A DNA stretch of 43,034 nt, from the IMG/VR virus record IMGVR_UViG_3300035510_000237; one strand, 5' to 3'. This document shows, piece by piece, positions 13,911 through 23,125 of this stretch (its first letter is position 1; each line of letters starts with the position of its first letter). This stretch comes from a virus. Position numbers and translations under genes: made by a program. Below the pieces are notes generated by a model. That model searched no databases. It saw nothing but the letters and a program-made list of their open reading frames with translations, and was not told the DNA's origin.

Positions 13911-15056
13911 TCAAACTACTATAGTGCTTTTTAAAGTTTTGTTAGAATATTTAGAAAAAATTTCTAATAATTCGTTAAATTTCTTTGAATAGTCACTATT
14001 AGCCTAATCTGTTATTTTTCCCGTTTTATCATAAAAAATATCCTAAAAATTTTTATTAAAATTCTAAGAATTAGATAAAATATCATAAAAGCACTAATAA
14101 ATTTCATTTAAACTAGAAATTATCTAATAGCAAGACATAATAACATTATTATTTCCTTTAACTTGATAAGCTTTACCATTTAAATAAATATCGCCACCTT
14201 TAATAAAAGATACATTTTCACCTGCCTAATGATCTTTTAACAAGGTATTAATAGGATTTGGTTCTATAAAAGCAATTTGAGAAAGGAAATCCCCATATAA
14301 AATCATCGGATTTTCCCACTAAGCTTCAATTAATGAAGCTCGTAATTTATTAAAATGCTCATAAACAATTCCTAAATTATAATAGCTTATAGAATTTATA
14401 TTATCTCCATACCAAAAAGAAGGAGTTTTTGATTCACCAGCAAAACTAATATATGTTAATAAGTCTCTTTTTTTATTCTAATAAATTTTATGGACTTTTC
14501 CACTACTTGAGACCTTTGTACTTTCATAAACTGAATTGTCTTTATTATAACTAACAGTGCCCGCTTCTTGCAAAGCGGCCCAGGCACTAGACCATCCAGA
14601 GGTGTTTAATAGTGTCTAAGCGGTTTTAACCGCTTCTTCACTTTTTTTTATTGCAGTATCTAGCTAAAGCGCTCCATTTTTACCAATTCGTAACCCGCCT
14701 TTAAGAAGCTAATCTTGAGTAACTACCACTTCAGATAATCCACTTTCTGGAGTCTATATCTATATAATAAAATCTATATCTTCATCTGAAATAAAACTTC
14801 TTATCTTTAAAATATATTTTGCAGCTTTTAAAAGTAATTTATTATAATTTTCTTTTTTATTTTGTGAACCTTTTGTAACCTAAGCATAACGAAAAGAATC
14901 TATTAAACTAGCACCTTGTTTGAGTATTTTTAATATCTCCTATGTTTTTTTGTTAATATTAGATTCCTCTTTCAAAATCCTTGAAATAGTTTCAGATAAT
15001 TCCATTAACTATTCTTTAGAAATAAAATCAATATCTGTTTTATAGTACATTTCCAT
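13911..15056 (-). CDS. Hypothetical protein, ~380 aa, TAG-recoded (about 17 internal TAG), located between the major tail protein and the chaperone-like gene.
   Basis: AAAGGAG RBS then ATG at ~15054-15056. A single frame is open to the TGA at ~13911. It reads MEMYYKTDIDFISKE(Q)LMELSETISRILKEESNINKKT(Q)EILKILKQGASLIDSFRYA(Q)VTKGSQNKKENYNKLLLKAAKYILKIRSFISDEDIDFII(Q)I(Q)TPESGLSEVVVTQD(Q)LLKGGLRIGKNGAL(Q)LDTAIKKSEEAVKTA(Q)TLLNTSGWSSAWAALQEAGTVSYNKDNSVYESTKVSSSGKVHKIY(Q)NKKRDLLTYISFAGESKTPSFWYGDNINSISYYNLGIVYEHFNKLRASLIEA(Q)WENPMILYGDFLSQIAFIEPNPINTLLKDH(Q)AGENVSFIKGGDIYLNGKAYQVKGNNNVIMSCY(Q)IISSLNEIY(Q)CFYDILSNS(Q)NFNKNF(Q)DIFYDKTGKITD(Q)ANSDYSKKFNELLEIFSKYSNKTLKSTIVV*. Confidence 0.45.
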
Positions 15057-15094
15057 TATAGCTTTTATCTCCTTTCTCTCCAATATAAAACAAA

Positions 15095-15122
15095 ATAGGG
15101 GGAAGATATTACTATCTTCCCC
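15095..15122 (-). terminator. Rho-independent terminator after the major tail protein gene.
   Basis: GGGGGAAGATA-tta-CTATCTTCCCCC stem followed by TTAAAAAA, directly 3' of the MTP stop at 15146. Confidence 0.5.
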
Positions 15123-15145
15123 CTTAAAAAATCTTTGGCTTTTAA

Positions 15146-16421
15146 TTAACCAGAAATATACTTATTAAGACCCTCAACGAGTTCCTCATGAGCTTCCTCA
15201 TGAGCGGTATAAGTACGAACCAGGTCAAGCTCCTCAGCAGTATCAATTATCTGGAGAGCGCAAATAACTTTCTTACTGTGGTCAAATCTTGTATAATCTG
15301 GGAACGCATCCATTGTAAAAGTAAAGGTAGATGGATCACCAGTAGAAGCCATAGTAAAGGTAAAGTTGGACTGCACGTTACAGTTAGGAATAATAAACTC
15401 TGCGGGTAAATCAATACCATGCTCATCACGGAACAGAGTCTGAGCCTCAAGATAATAGCTGCCGCCAAACTTATCAGCAGTAATCTCAATCTGCTTCATG
15501 CCAGAAGTACGCTCGGTATAATAGTCAACAAGGACACAATCATAGCCATAGGTGGGTACGTCTTGAACGCCATACTCATAAGTACCATCCTGTAAGCCAC
15601 GAGTAGTTGTCTGAACAGTAATGGTGTAATAACCATCATCGCCCTTCTCAACATCCTCATGAACAGGAATATAAGGCTCAGTGATAATCTGACCATCCTT
15701 CATAAACATAACATAAGCATAATTCTCAGAAGTACTAGCTGGCAGATAAGGCTTATTAGTAAGCTTAATAGTCACAACAGCGGTAGGACCATCGCCAGTA
15801 ACCTGAACAAGCAGTTCGCCCTCAGAGTTAGTAGCACTAGAGTCAATCTTCTCAGTAACATGCTGCTTCAGAGCGCTAGTCTCAGAAGCCTCAATCAGAC
15901 CTGCGCCAGACAGAATCATAAAGCCCTCTGGAGAGATCAGCGCGTCTTCCATGGTGAAGGTAACAGTTCTCTCACCTTCCCAGGCAACCAGTCTTGAATT
16001 ACCTCTGCCGCCCTGGGCATATACTGTGGTAGACTGACCTTCAAGAGTAGATGTCTTTAATGTATCAAAATAAATGACAGGCTCATTCTTATAGAAAATC
16101 TTGTTTCCGATTTTTTGAGTAGTCTTAGCACGTAAAACTACCTCGCAAATTTCTCTTCATATTATAAAAATATGGACTATCTCTTACTAGCAGTCAAGCT
16201 GCTAGTATACCTTTTTGGAATTGTGTATCAATAACAATCCTACAAAATCTATTAAGATTTTTAGTCTCTACATCGCTCTCACTTTTTGTGAGTATGACAC
16301 GGGATTCTTCTTTTCAGACATTCCCCGTTAGCTGCGGATTTCCAATTTTTTGGTAAAACGCAACCCCTAGCGATAACTAGGATAAGGTATATTAGTGCAA
16401 GCAATTCACACCAAATTTCAT
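15146..16421 (-). CDS. Major tail protein. join(16408..16421, 15146..~16130), interrupted by a group I intron. GC-rich and contains no TAG.
   Basis: Track ORF 15146..15952 (268 aa) stays open far upstream of its internal ATG (..KTTQKIGNKIFYKNEPVIYFDTLKTSTLEGQSTTVYAQGGRGNSRLVAWEGERTVTFT-MEDALI..) but has no in-frame start. A strong RBS, AAGGAGGAAAATTAATAT-ATG, sits at 16419-16421, followed by 14 nt of exon (ATGAAATTTGGTGT) and then a group I core. Splicing to ..G|TGCTAAGACT gives MKFGVAKTTQKIGNKIFYK... Two other 3' sites, 16146 and 16157, are also in frame. Confidence 0.6.
16131..16407 (-). other. Compact group I intron (~277 nt) in the major tail protein gene, ORF-less.
   Basis: Minus-strand reading finds Q as AATCCGCAGC exact (revcomp of ~16330-16339). 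P-like GGTTGCGTTTTACC is ~25 nt upstream of Q. R-like GTAGAGACTAAA is the revcomp of ~16266-16277. S-like AGATAGTCC is the revcomp of ~16173-16181. R/S are GACTA/TAGTC complementary, forming P7. A possible P1 pairs exon GGUGU|GAA with intron UUGCACU, giving a U·G at the splice site. Confidence 0.55.
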
Positions 16422-16424
16422 ATA

Positions 16425-17221
16425 TTAATTTTCCTCCTTAAAAACAAATTTCTATTTTTTTCTCTATAAAAATAACTCAGGGTTATTTTTATACATAAAT
16501 TTGCCTATTCTTATAGTATCTTTTTTACCAAATCGAATAGACATAGAGGAAGGGTCATAACTTCCGCCTTCAACGCCCGCTTTATCTTTTAAAATAGCCC
16601 ATAAAGTATTTAAAAAATCTTTACTGCCACTAGTAAATGCGCTGTTTAAACGATTGTTTTTTAACCGCATAATGCACCCGTCGCCATCAAAATATCCACG
16701 AATAAAATCTGCTAAATACTCTTCTGGAATCTCTGGGAACTTAGCTGTTAAGCTTTTTCTCTCTGACCCTCCTAGAGAAATTATATCATTATATATAACT
16801 ACACAGCTAAAATTAAGCCTAGCCGCCTATCTATCAACGTAATCATAAAGGCTACCTTCATAGTTTAGTTCTTCAGCTATACGCTTTAAAATATATTTAT
16901 CTTTAGCGTGTAATGTTATATCAAACATTTTACCCCCATAGATACATCCATCAGCAAACCATAGCCCTAAAATGTAAGCCATATTATTTGACCATGTTTT
17001 AAAATAATCCTAATTGATATGCCATTTTCTAGCATTCTAAGATTGTACTTTACTTTTTTCTTCCTATGAGAGTTTTTTAATAGCTTTATGCTAATGATAG
17101 CAATAACTATATATCTAGTCCTTCGTATAGACCTTATTAAAGTATTCATACCATTCGGGCAAGGTTTTACTCTCACTCTAAGTTAAGAGAATCTCCTTAT
17201 GTTCCGGTAATATCGGCAAAA
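16425..17221 (-). CDS. Free-standing LAGLIDADG homing endonuclease with two motifs, TAG-recoded, immediately upstream of the intron-containing major tail protein gene.
   Basis: Motif 1 is MAYILGLWFADGCIYGG and motif 2, about 95 aa later, is ADFIRGYFDGDGCIM. The frame contains track ORF 16464..16670. The start is uncertain. It is either the ATG at 16982 with a weak RBS, or the upstream TTG at ~17221 after AAAAGGAAG, read through 6 TAGs. It ends at the TAA at 16425-16427 if TAG is sense, or at the TAG at 16464 if not. Confidence 0.6.
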
Positions 17222-17242
17222 TATTACACTTCCTTTTCAATT

Positions 17243-17974
17243 TTATTGATGAAGATTTTTCATCCAATCATCTGGTTTGGAATCTGGCTTGCCTCCCGCC
17301 AAACGAGAACGAATATCCAAATCCCAGTTTATATAAAGCGAATATCTTTCAATTAAATCATATAGCTAATATATAGTACAATTTAATAAATCCTATAATG
17401 ACATTGACTCTAAACCAATAGTCAATATTGAAACATATCGGCTTAATATACTTGAATTATTGTCTCCCTTCTGCGCAGCGACCCTCTAGCGTCCGCGCAT
17501 CAGCTTATCCGCAATTTCTTTAGCTTTTGAATTACCAGGATTAAATGACTACTAATCCATTGGCCCATTCTTAGAGCAACAAACTAATCTAATAGCGTCC
17601 TAAAGGCTATCAAAATTATTTTCATCAACAGTAATCATTTCATCTTCATTCTAAAAGATTAAAGACCTTGGAGCAAATAAAACATTATTTTTTGGAAAGA
17701 ATAAGCTCAAAACCTGCTAGACGCAAATTTTCTTATCCGCAGTTTGACGCTCATTCATCACTGTCATAAATATCTAAAAATTGGTTATATTCTCTAAATT
17801 ATCTTTGCCCTACTAAATAAACATTGATTTATGTAAGGTTAAAGTCTAAACTCCAATGAAAAAATCTTCTTCTCCTAAATAAGATATTTCTTTAATAGAA
17901 GGCTAATGAAGAACTAATCTACAAGGAGGTATTGGAATATCTGTGCCTGCCATTAAAGCTAGTCTGGTATCCAT
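17243..17974 (-). CDS. Hypothetical neck/tail protein, ~243 aa, TAG-recoded.
   Basis: Its ATG overlaps the upstream stop (ATAATGG). It reads MDTRLALMAGTDIPIPPCRLVLH(Q)PSIKEISYLGEEDFFIGV(Q)TLTLHKSMFI(Q)(Q)GKDNLENITNF(Q)IFMTVMNERQTADKKICV(Q)QVLSLFFPKNNVLFAPRSLIF(Q)NEDEMITVDENNFDSL(Q)DAIRLVCCSKNGPMD(Q)(Q)SFNPGNSKAKEIADKLMRGR(Q)RVAAQKGDNNSSILSRYVSILTIGLESMSL(Q)DLLNCTIY(Q)LYDLIERYSLYINWDLDIRSRLAGGKPDSKPDDWMKNLHQ* with TAA at 17243-17245. Confidence 0.4.
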
Positions 17975-18561
17975 TATTTATCTTTAAACATATCCTTGAA
18001 ATCTTTTAAAAATTGTTCTTCATCATTGGGATTTGCCATTGGACGTTTATCTTCTTCTCCATGAATTGCCTAATACATTAAGCAGAAACCGGCGTATTCA
18101 TCATTTAAAATCATCTAAGTTCCACCCAAAAATTCAAGCGTACCAATTCCTGTTAAACGCTTACCACTAAATAAGCTATCAATCTCTGCCGCAATCTTAT
18201 AAGGCCGCAATGAAAAATCTTTTAACTGCCACTAATCAAAATGACAAATTATATCAAATTCAACAATATTATCTCTAAATTGTGGATTTGTCGCATTAGG
18301 AGTAAAATTATCAAAATTAATTAAAATGTAGTTCAATACAGTTCCATCAACAATTAATTTTGGAACAATTCTGATATTTTTTCCATACATTTCAATAGAC
18401 TGTTCCTTAGTGATATTTGGCCTAGATAAACAATCCGGAGTAGTATAATATAATAACCTTTTTAATCTTTCATCATCTAACATTGTATTTACAATCAAAT
18501 TTAAATCTTTCTCGTTAGAAAGAAAACTTGATTTTGGGGTATGAGTATTATCAATTTTCAT
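17974..18561 (-). CDS. Hypothetical structural protein, ~195 aa, TAG-recoded (3 TAG).
   Basis: Track ORF 18232..18561 (MKIDNTHTPKSSFLSNEKDLNLIVNTMLDDERLKRLLYY..ICHFD) continues past its TAG as (Q)WQLKDFSLRPYKIAAEIDSLFSGKRLTGIGTLEFLGGT(Q)MILNDEYAGFCLMY(Q)AIHGEEDKRPMANPNDEEQFLKDFKDMFKDK* to the TAA at ~17974-17976. Confidence 0.45.
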
Positions 18562-18580
18562 ACCATCTCTCCTTTATCTC

Positions 18581-19683
18581 TCAAAACAGGGATTCAACAA
18601 CAACAGTTTTACTATAATCTCCAAAAGATAGTACAAACTAACCGCTATAATTACTATCCCATACAATCTTTACTTTCTTAGGATTGTCAGCGTCCACAGT
18701 CATTTTAATGGGATACTTTTTATCTAAAGTCCATTCCCCTACAGCTTTATTGCGGCGGCAGATGTAAGTATATTCAAGTCTAGGTTTAATAAATATATCC
18801 CCACTAATATCCTCTAAAGCAGCTTCTTCAGGCGTAGGCTCTACATTTTTAATGACCAAACCTCCAGCGATACCATTCTCAATATCATCTTCGATTTCAT
18901 TACTATAATACTCTTGGGCATTAATCTCTAATACGCCTGGCATACTTATCCAATCTGTTGCCTCAACTCGCCAGCAAACTTTTGCGGAATCCCCTTGTAA
19001 ATAAAATTTAGCATATCTCTAAAAATATTTCTATGTATATTCATTTAAAGGCATTAAAATATTTAAAGAGTAATTTGGTGTATCAATGCTAATATCATGT
19101 TTCTAAACAGAATTAATAACAGTCTCTACTGGGCCACGGACTGCCGCATAGGTAGAATGGCGGCCTGTGTCATCATCCCAGCAAATTTCATAAGAGCATT
19201 TTCTTATATCTCCTCTAAAATAAGCCAATTCTGTTAAATCCTATAAATAAATCAGCCAATGCGTCTTAGTTCCAAGCCATTCAAACACATCTCCTGGCTA
19301 AAAGCCATACTCATAACCAACTGACAAAATCTTATCATCATAATCCTATTTCAGTTTATCAGGATTAATTAATGCTCTAATTGGGTGACTATCTTCATCT
19401 TCTAAAACATTTCTAATATCAGCACCCTAATATGATGAAAAAAGCGCTCTATTTAAAGAGCGTCTTTTATCTTTTATCATTCTTTCCTACTATAAAAAAC
19501 CACCATTAACAGCTAACCGCTTAGCGCCACTTTCAATGCTATAAATACCTTTATCTAATATCTATCCTTTTTGGTGCTAAATCAAATCAGTTGAATTTAA
19601 TGGATAACGACTTTCATTTGAAATTCCTAAACGGCCAGCCATCTATTTTAATGAAGGGTTGCTTAAATTGCTATAACCTGCCA
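18581..19683 (-). CDS. Hypothetical structural protein, ~366 aa, TAG-recoded (about 14 TAG).
   Basis: ATG at 19681-19683 overlaps the upstream TAA (CTAATGG). A single frame contains track ORF 18638..18943 and ends at the TGA at 18581-18583. It reads ..LEDEDSHPIRALINPDKLK(Q)DYDDKILSVGYEYGF(Q)PGDVFEWLGTKTHWLIYL(Q)DLTELAYFRGDIRKCSYEICWDDDTGRHSTYAAVRGPVETVINSV(Q)KHDISIDTPNYSLNILMPLNEYT(Q)KYF(Q)RYAKFYLQGDSAKVCWRVEATDWISMPGVLEINAQEYY.. Confidence 0.45.
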
Positions 19684-20019
19684 TTAGTTTGACTCCTATA
19701 GAAGCCCAATACATTCAAATACTGTTTTTCTATATAGATCGAAGCCCATATCTTTTACAAGCAAGCCTTCTAATTTACTTAATAACTATAATAATTGCGG
19801 GCCGCTGAATATTTCAGCAAGCCCGGCAATTTCTATGGTAACTGTCTGTAATTGCTTCTCCCAATCCTCATTATTTTCTCGCATTGGGATTAACTTCCAT
19901 AATTGGTTAGTTAATCTACGATTATTCTTTACTAAATCTTCTTCTGAAAAATCAATATGATATTTATTTAAGAGCACTTTTAGTTCTAAGCACAGACCAG
20001 TTGGATTTATACTATCCAT
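19683..20019 (-). CDS. Hypothetical small protein, ~112 aa; 1 TAG is read through.
   Basis: Track ORF 19786..20019 (AAAAGGAG RBS) ends at TAG and continues as (Q)LLSKLEGLLVKDMGFDLYRKTVFECIGLL(Q)ESN* to the TAA at ~19683-19685. Confidence 0.4.
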
Positions 20020-20572
20020 TCTCGTCGAGCTTTCTCCTTTTATAAAGTCTCTACATATGAAAGGACTCTCTCTGCGCTTCGCTTAGTAGGCTCATAAGTT
20101 TAGATAAATGGTTAGCCTAACTGGTCATTTTAAAATCTGACCCAGAGAACTTCATACGAGTATTCTCAATAGACGCCACTTGGCGTTCTACCCAGCTCTA
20201 CTTCATTAGTAAAGCTAAAATATTTATTTCTTCAGAAGTTAATGTAGCATTAAAATAAGAATGTTCGATAATTACATCAGGAATTTCTTCTGTAGTATCG
20301 TCTTCTGATATTTCTTCTGGAATTTCATTCCAAATAACACCTATAATAAAATCATCTGGTGAGACATCTGATTCTCGAACAACCTCTGTCTTTAACTCAT
20401 AATCATAAAGATTAACGCGAGGAAATTCAAAACCAGGAATGGCATCAATTAATAAATGCTATAAATCTTTTACAGTGTCTTCTGGAGTTAATTCCATATA
20501 CATATCATCAGTTATTTTTTCGAGGAAACGATTGTATACTTTAGTAAAATGAGTTCCAACTTGTTCTTCCAT
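19964..20572 (-). CDS. Hypothetical head-tail joining region protein, ~202 aa; overlaps the next gene by ~56 nt.
   Basis: AGGAGGAAACA-ATG at 20570-20572. It reads MEEQVGTHFTKVYNRFLEKITDDMYMELTPEDTVKDLQHLLIDAIPGFEFPRVNLYDYELKTEVVRESDVSPDDFIIGVIWNEIPEEISEDDTTEEIPDVIIEHSYFNATLTSEEINILALLMK(Q)SWVERQVASIENTRMKFSGSDFKMTSQANHLSKLMSLLSEAQRESFHM(Q)RLYKRRKLDENG(Q)YKSNWSVLRTKSALK* with TAA at ~19964-19966. The C-terminal part after the second TAG is uncertain. Confidence 0.35.
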
Positions 20573-20592
20573 TGTTTCCTCCTTCTACTAGA

Positions 20593-21153
20593 TTAGTCCT
20601 CAGTACTAACTACCTTATATTCAGGAGTGGTTCTGCGGGTAGTATCATCAACCTGGACTCTACGAGTAGGTGTAGTAGAATCTGAGGTATCGTTGCTCTC
20701 TGCGCGCTCCTTTTCAAGATTAGCCAGAGCAGCAGTAACATCAAAACCAGTCTTTTCCTTTAATGCACGTCTCTTTTCGAGGTCATTCATTGGGAGACTG
20801 ATAGAAAAGCTCTTAATTAAATCAATAATCCCAGTAGGTGCAAAATCAAGGCAATCAAGGAAAGAGTCTAAAGAACCCTCCTGGATCAGTTTAATAATAT
20901 CTTCCTCAGACATATTATACTCAGGCTCTCTTTGAATATTTAATTCATCGGTAACAGCTTCAGCCTGAATCTGTAAAAAGTTAGTCATTAAGCCTCGTCC
21001 ACCCTGTTGGAAACTAAGCTTCTCAAGTTCCTCATAAGGAATACGCTTAGTCTCACCGGCCGCAAACTCTCTGCGAACATGCATCTCAGGGATAGAATAC
21101 ACAACAGTACTTGCGCTGCGATTCTTCACTTGACAAATAGTATTAGCATCCAT
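20593..21153 (-). CDS. Hypothetical protein, 186 aa, no TAG.
   Basis: Complete track ORF with an AGGAGAAAATTAAATA-ATG RBS. It has an acidic S/T/R-rich N-terminus and sits between the capsid and connector genes. Confidence 0.5.
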   Translation of the reverse strand: MDANTICQVKNRSASTVVYSIPEMHVRREFAAGETKRIPYEELEKLSFQQGGRGLMTNFLQIQAEAVTDELNIQREPEYNMSEEDIIKLIQEGSLDSFLDCLDFAPTGIIDLIKSFSISLPMNDLEKRRALKEKTGFDVTAALANLEKERAESNDTSDSTTPTRRVQVDDTTRRTTPEYKVVSTED

Positions 21154-21187
21154 TATTTAATTTTCTCCTTTATCTCTTTTTTAAATA

Positions 21188-21211
21188 AAGGGGAGAGGAG
21201 TACTCTCCCCC
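21188..21211 (-). terminator. Terminator after the major capsid protein gene.
   Basis: GGGGAGAG-gagtact-CTCTCCCC stem followed by CATATTTT, ~25 nt 3' of the MCP stop. Confidence 0.45.
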
Positions 21212-21233
21212 ATATTTTATATTATATATTTAA

Positions 21234-22325
21234 TCAGGAATTAACTGTACCAGTATAGTCCTTAATATTAGTATTGCTTAAATGCCATGTATCCATCTGA
21301 CCAACAAGAGCAGTATCAACATAAGCACAAATATCATTAGCGAGCATGCAAGTCACGCCGACCTTCTTATAAACCTGAATCTCACGGCTGCGGTCTGCGT
21401 TGGTAGCCTCATCAACAATAGTGCCACCCTCAAAAGCAATCTTGACAGGCTTGCCATTAGCGCCAGAAGGAATAACCCAAGCATAACCAGGATCAATTAC
21501 CTTGCGGCTATTGGTCTCGTCCTCAAAGCCCTGCTCAAGAATAACAACCTGATGGCCCTTATAAGTAGGAAGACGACCAGTATTCCAGAGCTGCTCCTTC
21601 ATAGACTCAGTGTATCTCCAAGCCTCTTGAGGAATCATATTAACAGCAAACTCATATGTGCAATAAATAGTAGGAGTACCATATGCAGAAGCAATAGTAA
21701 TTAATCTATCAAAAGCAGCCTCGTCAAAGCCAGCTGCGGCCACACGGTTAGCAGGAGGCAGCTGATTAATAGAAGCCTTCAGAGCATGAGCAACCTCTTT
21801 GTAAACGAGTTCATCCATACCTTCCATGATAATACGAGTAACCTCTGCGAAGTCAACACGGCCATCAAGGAACTCCTCAAAGCCAATCTGAGCAGCGCCA
21901 CCAATAGCACTGGTGCGAACCTCGAAGCTTTCCTCGTTCTTACCAAGCTTAAAGACCTCATAAATACCAGCAAGGCCAACGCGAGTAACAAACTGCTTAG
22001 CTCTGTTATTGGAAGTCAGCTTTCTACGGAAGAGAATCTTCTGACCCTGAGCAAATGTACGAGTCTCAGCGAACTGGTCATACTGCTCTTCAACCTTCTT
22101 GGGAAGAACATCATCAAGAGTTTCCTCAATGATAGAGAAAATCAGATTCTTGTTCTCACGATATAAAGCATAAGTACCAACGTACTCATTCAACTCCTTG
22201 CGGAGAGTCTCTTCAAGTGCCTCATAGCTAAAGTTCTGTCCATTATAACTATATGCGGTAGGAGCAGAAGGGTCAGCCTTAGCAACTTGCTTCATTAAAG
22301 CAACTAAATTCTGTTTATCTAACAT
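21234..22325 (-). CDS. Major capsid protein, 363 aa. GC-rich and contains no TAG.
   Basis: Complete track ORF. The only large TAG-free structural ORF. Its position after the scaffold gene, its size, its composition (GC ~45% versus ~30% around it) and the following terminator fit a highly expressed MCP. Confidence 0.55.
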   Translation of the reverse strand: MLDKQNLVALMKQVAKADPSAPTAYSYNGQNFSYEALEETLRKELNEYVGTYALYRENKNLIFSIIEETLDDVLPKKVEEQYDQFAETRTFAQGQKILFRRKLTSNNRAKQFVTRVGLAGIYEVFKLGKNEESFEVRTSAIGGAAQIGFEEFLDGRVDFAEVTRIIMEGMDELVYKEVAHALKASINQLPPANRVAAAGFDEAAFDRLITIASAYGTPTIYCTYEFAVNMIPQEAWRYTESMKEQLWNTGRLPTYKGHQVVILEQGFEDETNSRKVIDPGYAWVIPSGANGKPVKIAFEGGTIVDEATNADRSREIQVYKKVGVTCMLANDICAYVDTALVGQMDTWHLSNTNIKDYTGTVNS

Positions 22326-22343
22326 TACACTTCTCTCCTTTCA

Positions 22344-23108
22344 TTAGACAATGCGCATAATCTTAACGCCGCGCTGATGGTCAGGCATGGTATAAACCTT
22401 AACAACCTGCCACTCCATCTTATCATCAGTACCAACTTTGAGAATACCATCATCGCCAACAACAAGGATGTCGCCAACAGAAAGCTCACTAGCATTCACA
22501 GTATTAGTAGTAAAAATATCACCAACATTAGTCTTGAAGACACGTGGCACCATGGTAGTACCAGCAGGCATAAGACCCTCTTTGTAAGGACCATAAATAT
22601 GGAAAGGATCCTCGTTATAATGAATCTCATACATATCAGGACCAGCAGTCACATCATCATAAGCATATTCATTTTCACCAATAGTGGTTGAACTCTATTG
22701 CTGGTCATCGACACCATTGTAATAACGAGACTGTCTATCAAGCACTTCGTCAGCAACAGGGTTGCCATCCTTATCAAGAGCATAACCGAATGGGCTATAC
22801 ACACGAGCCTGATAATTGTCCTTCAGCATTGCAAACTCGCAATCAATCTGATGGTCGCGATAAAGCTTAATCTCATTGTAAACGAGCATCCACTCGCCCT
22901 CGCCAGTAAAGTCAACAACGCCCTTAGCATAATCATACTTTACAAACTGACCCTGCTCCAGAACGTCAATATCAGCAGCAGCGGGCAGCTATGCATAAAT
23001 CTAGGCAGTTCTCTGCGCTGAGAGGTGGTTAGGCTCTACTTGGCCATAGCCATACTCAACGAAGCTTGCCTGGCTTGTAATATTCTTCTTTAAAAAATCA
23101 CTAAGCAT
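22344..23108 (-). CDS. Hypothetical head protein, 254 aa, with 2 internal TAG.
   Basis: AAGGAGGATAAAAA-ATG at 23106-23108. It reads MLSDFLKKNITSQASFVEYGYGQVEPNHLSAQRTA(Q)IYA(Q)LPAAADIDVLEQGQFVKYDYAKGVVDFTGEGEW-MLVYNE.. It joins track ORFs 22695..22889 and 22344..22652 in one frame. Confidence 0.5.
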
Positions 23109-23125
23109 TTTTTATCCTCCTTAAA

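Noticed and set aside
16967-17176. Track ORF 16967..17176 as the N-terminal part of the LAGLIDADG gene.
   Set aside because: It is in a different frame (-1) from the LAGLIDADG motifs. The in-frame upstream extension is the one that uses TAG read-through.
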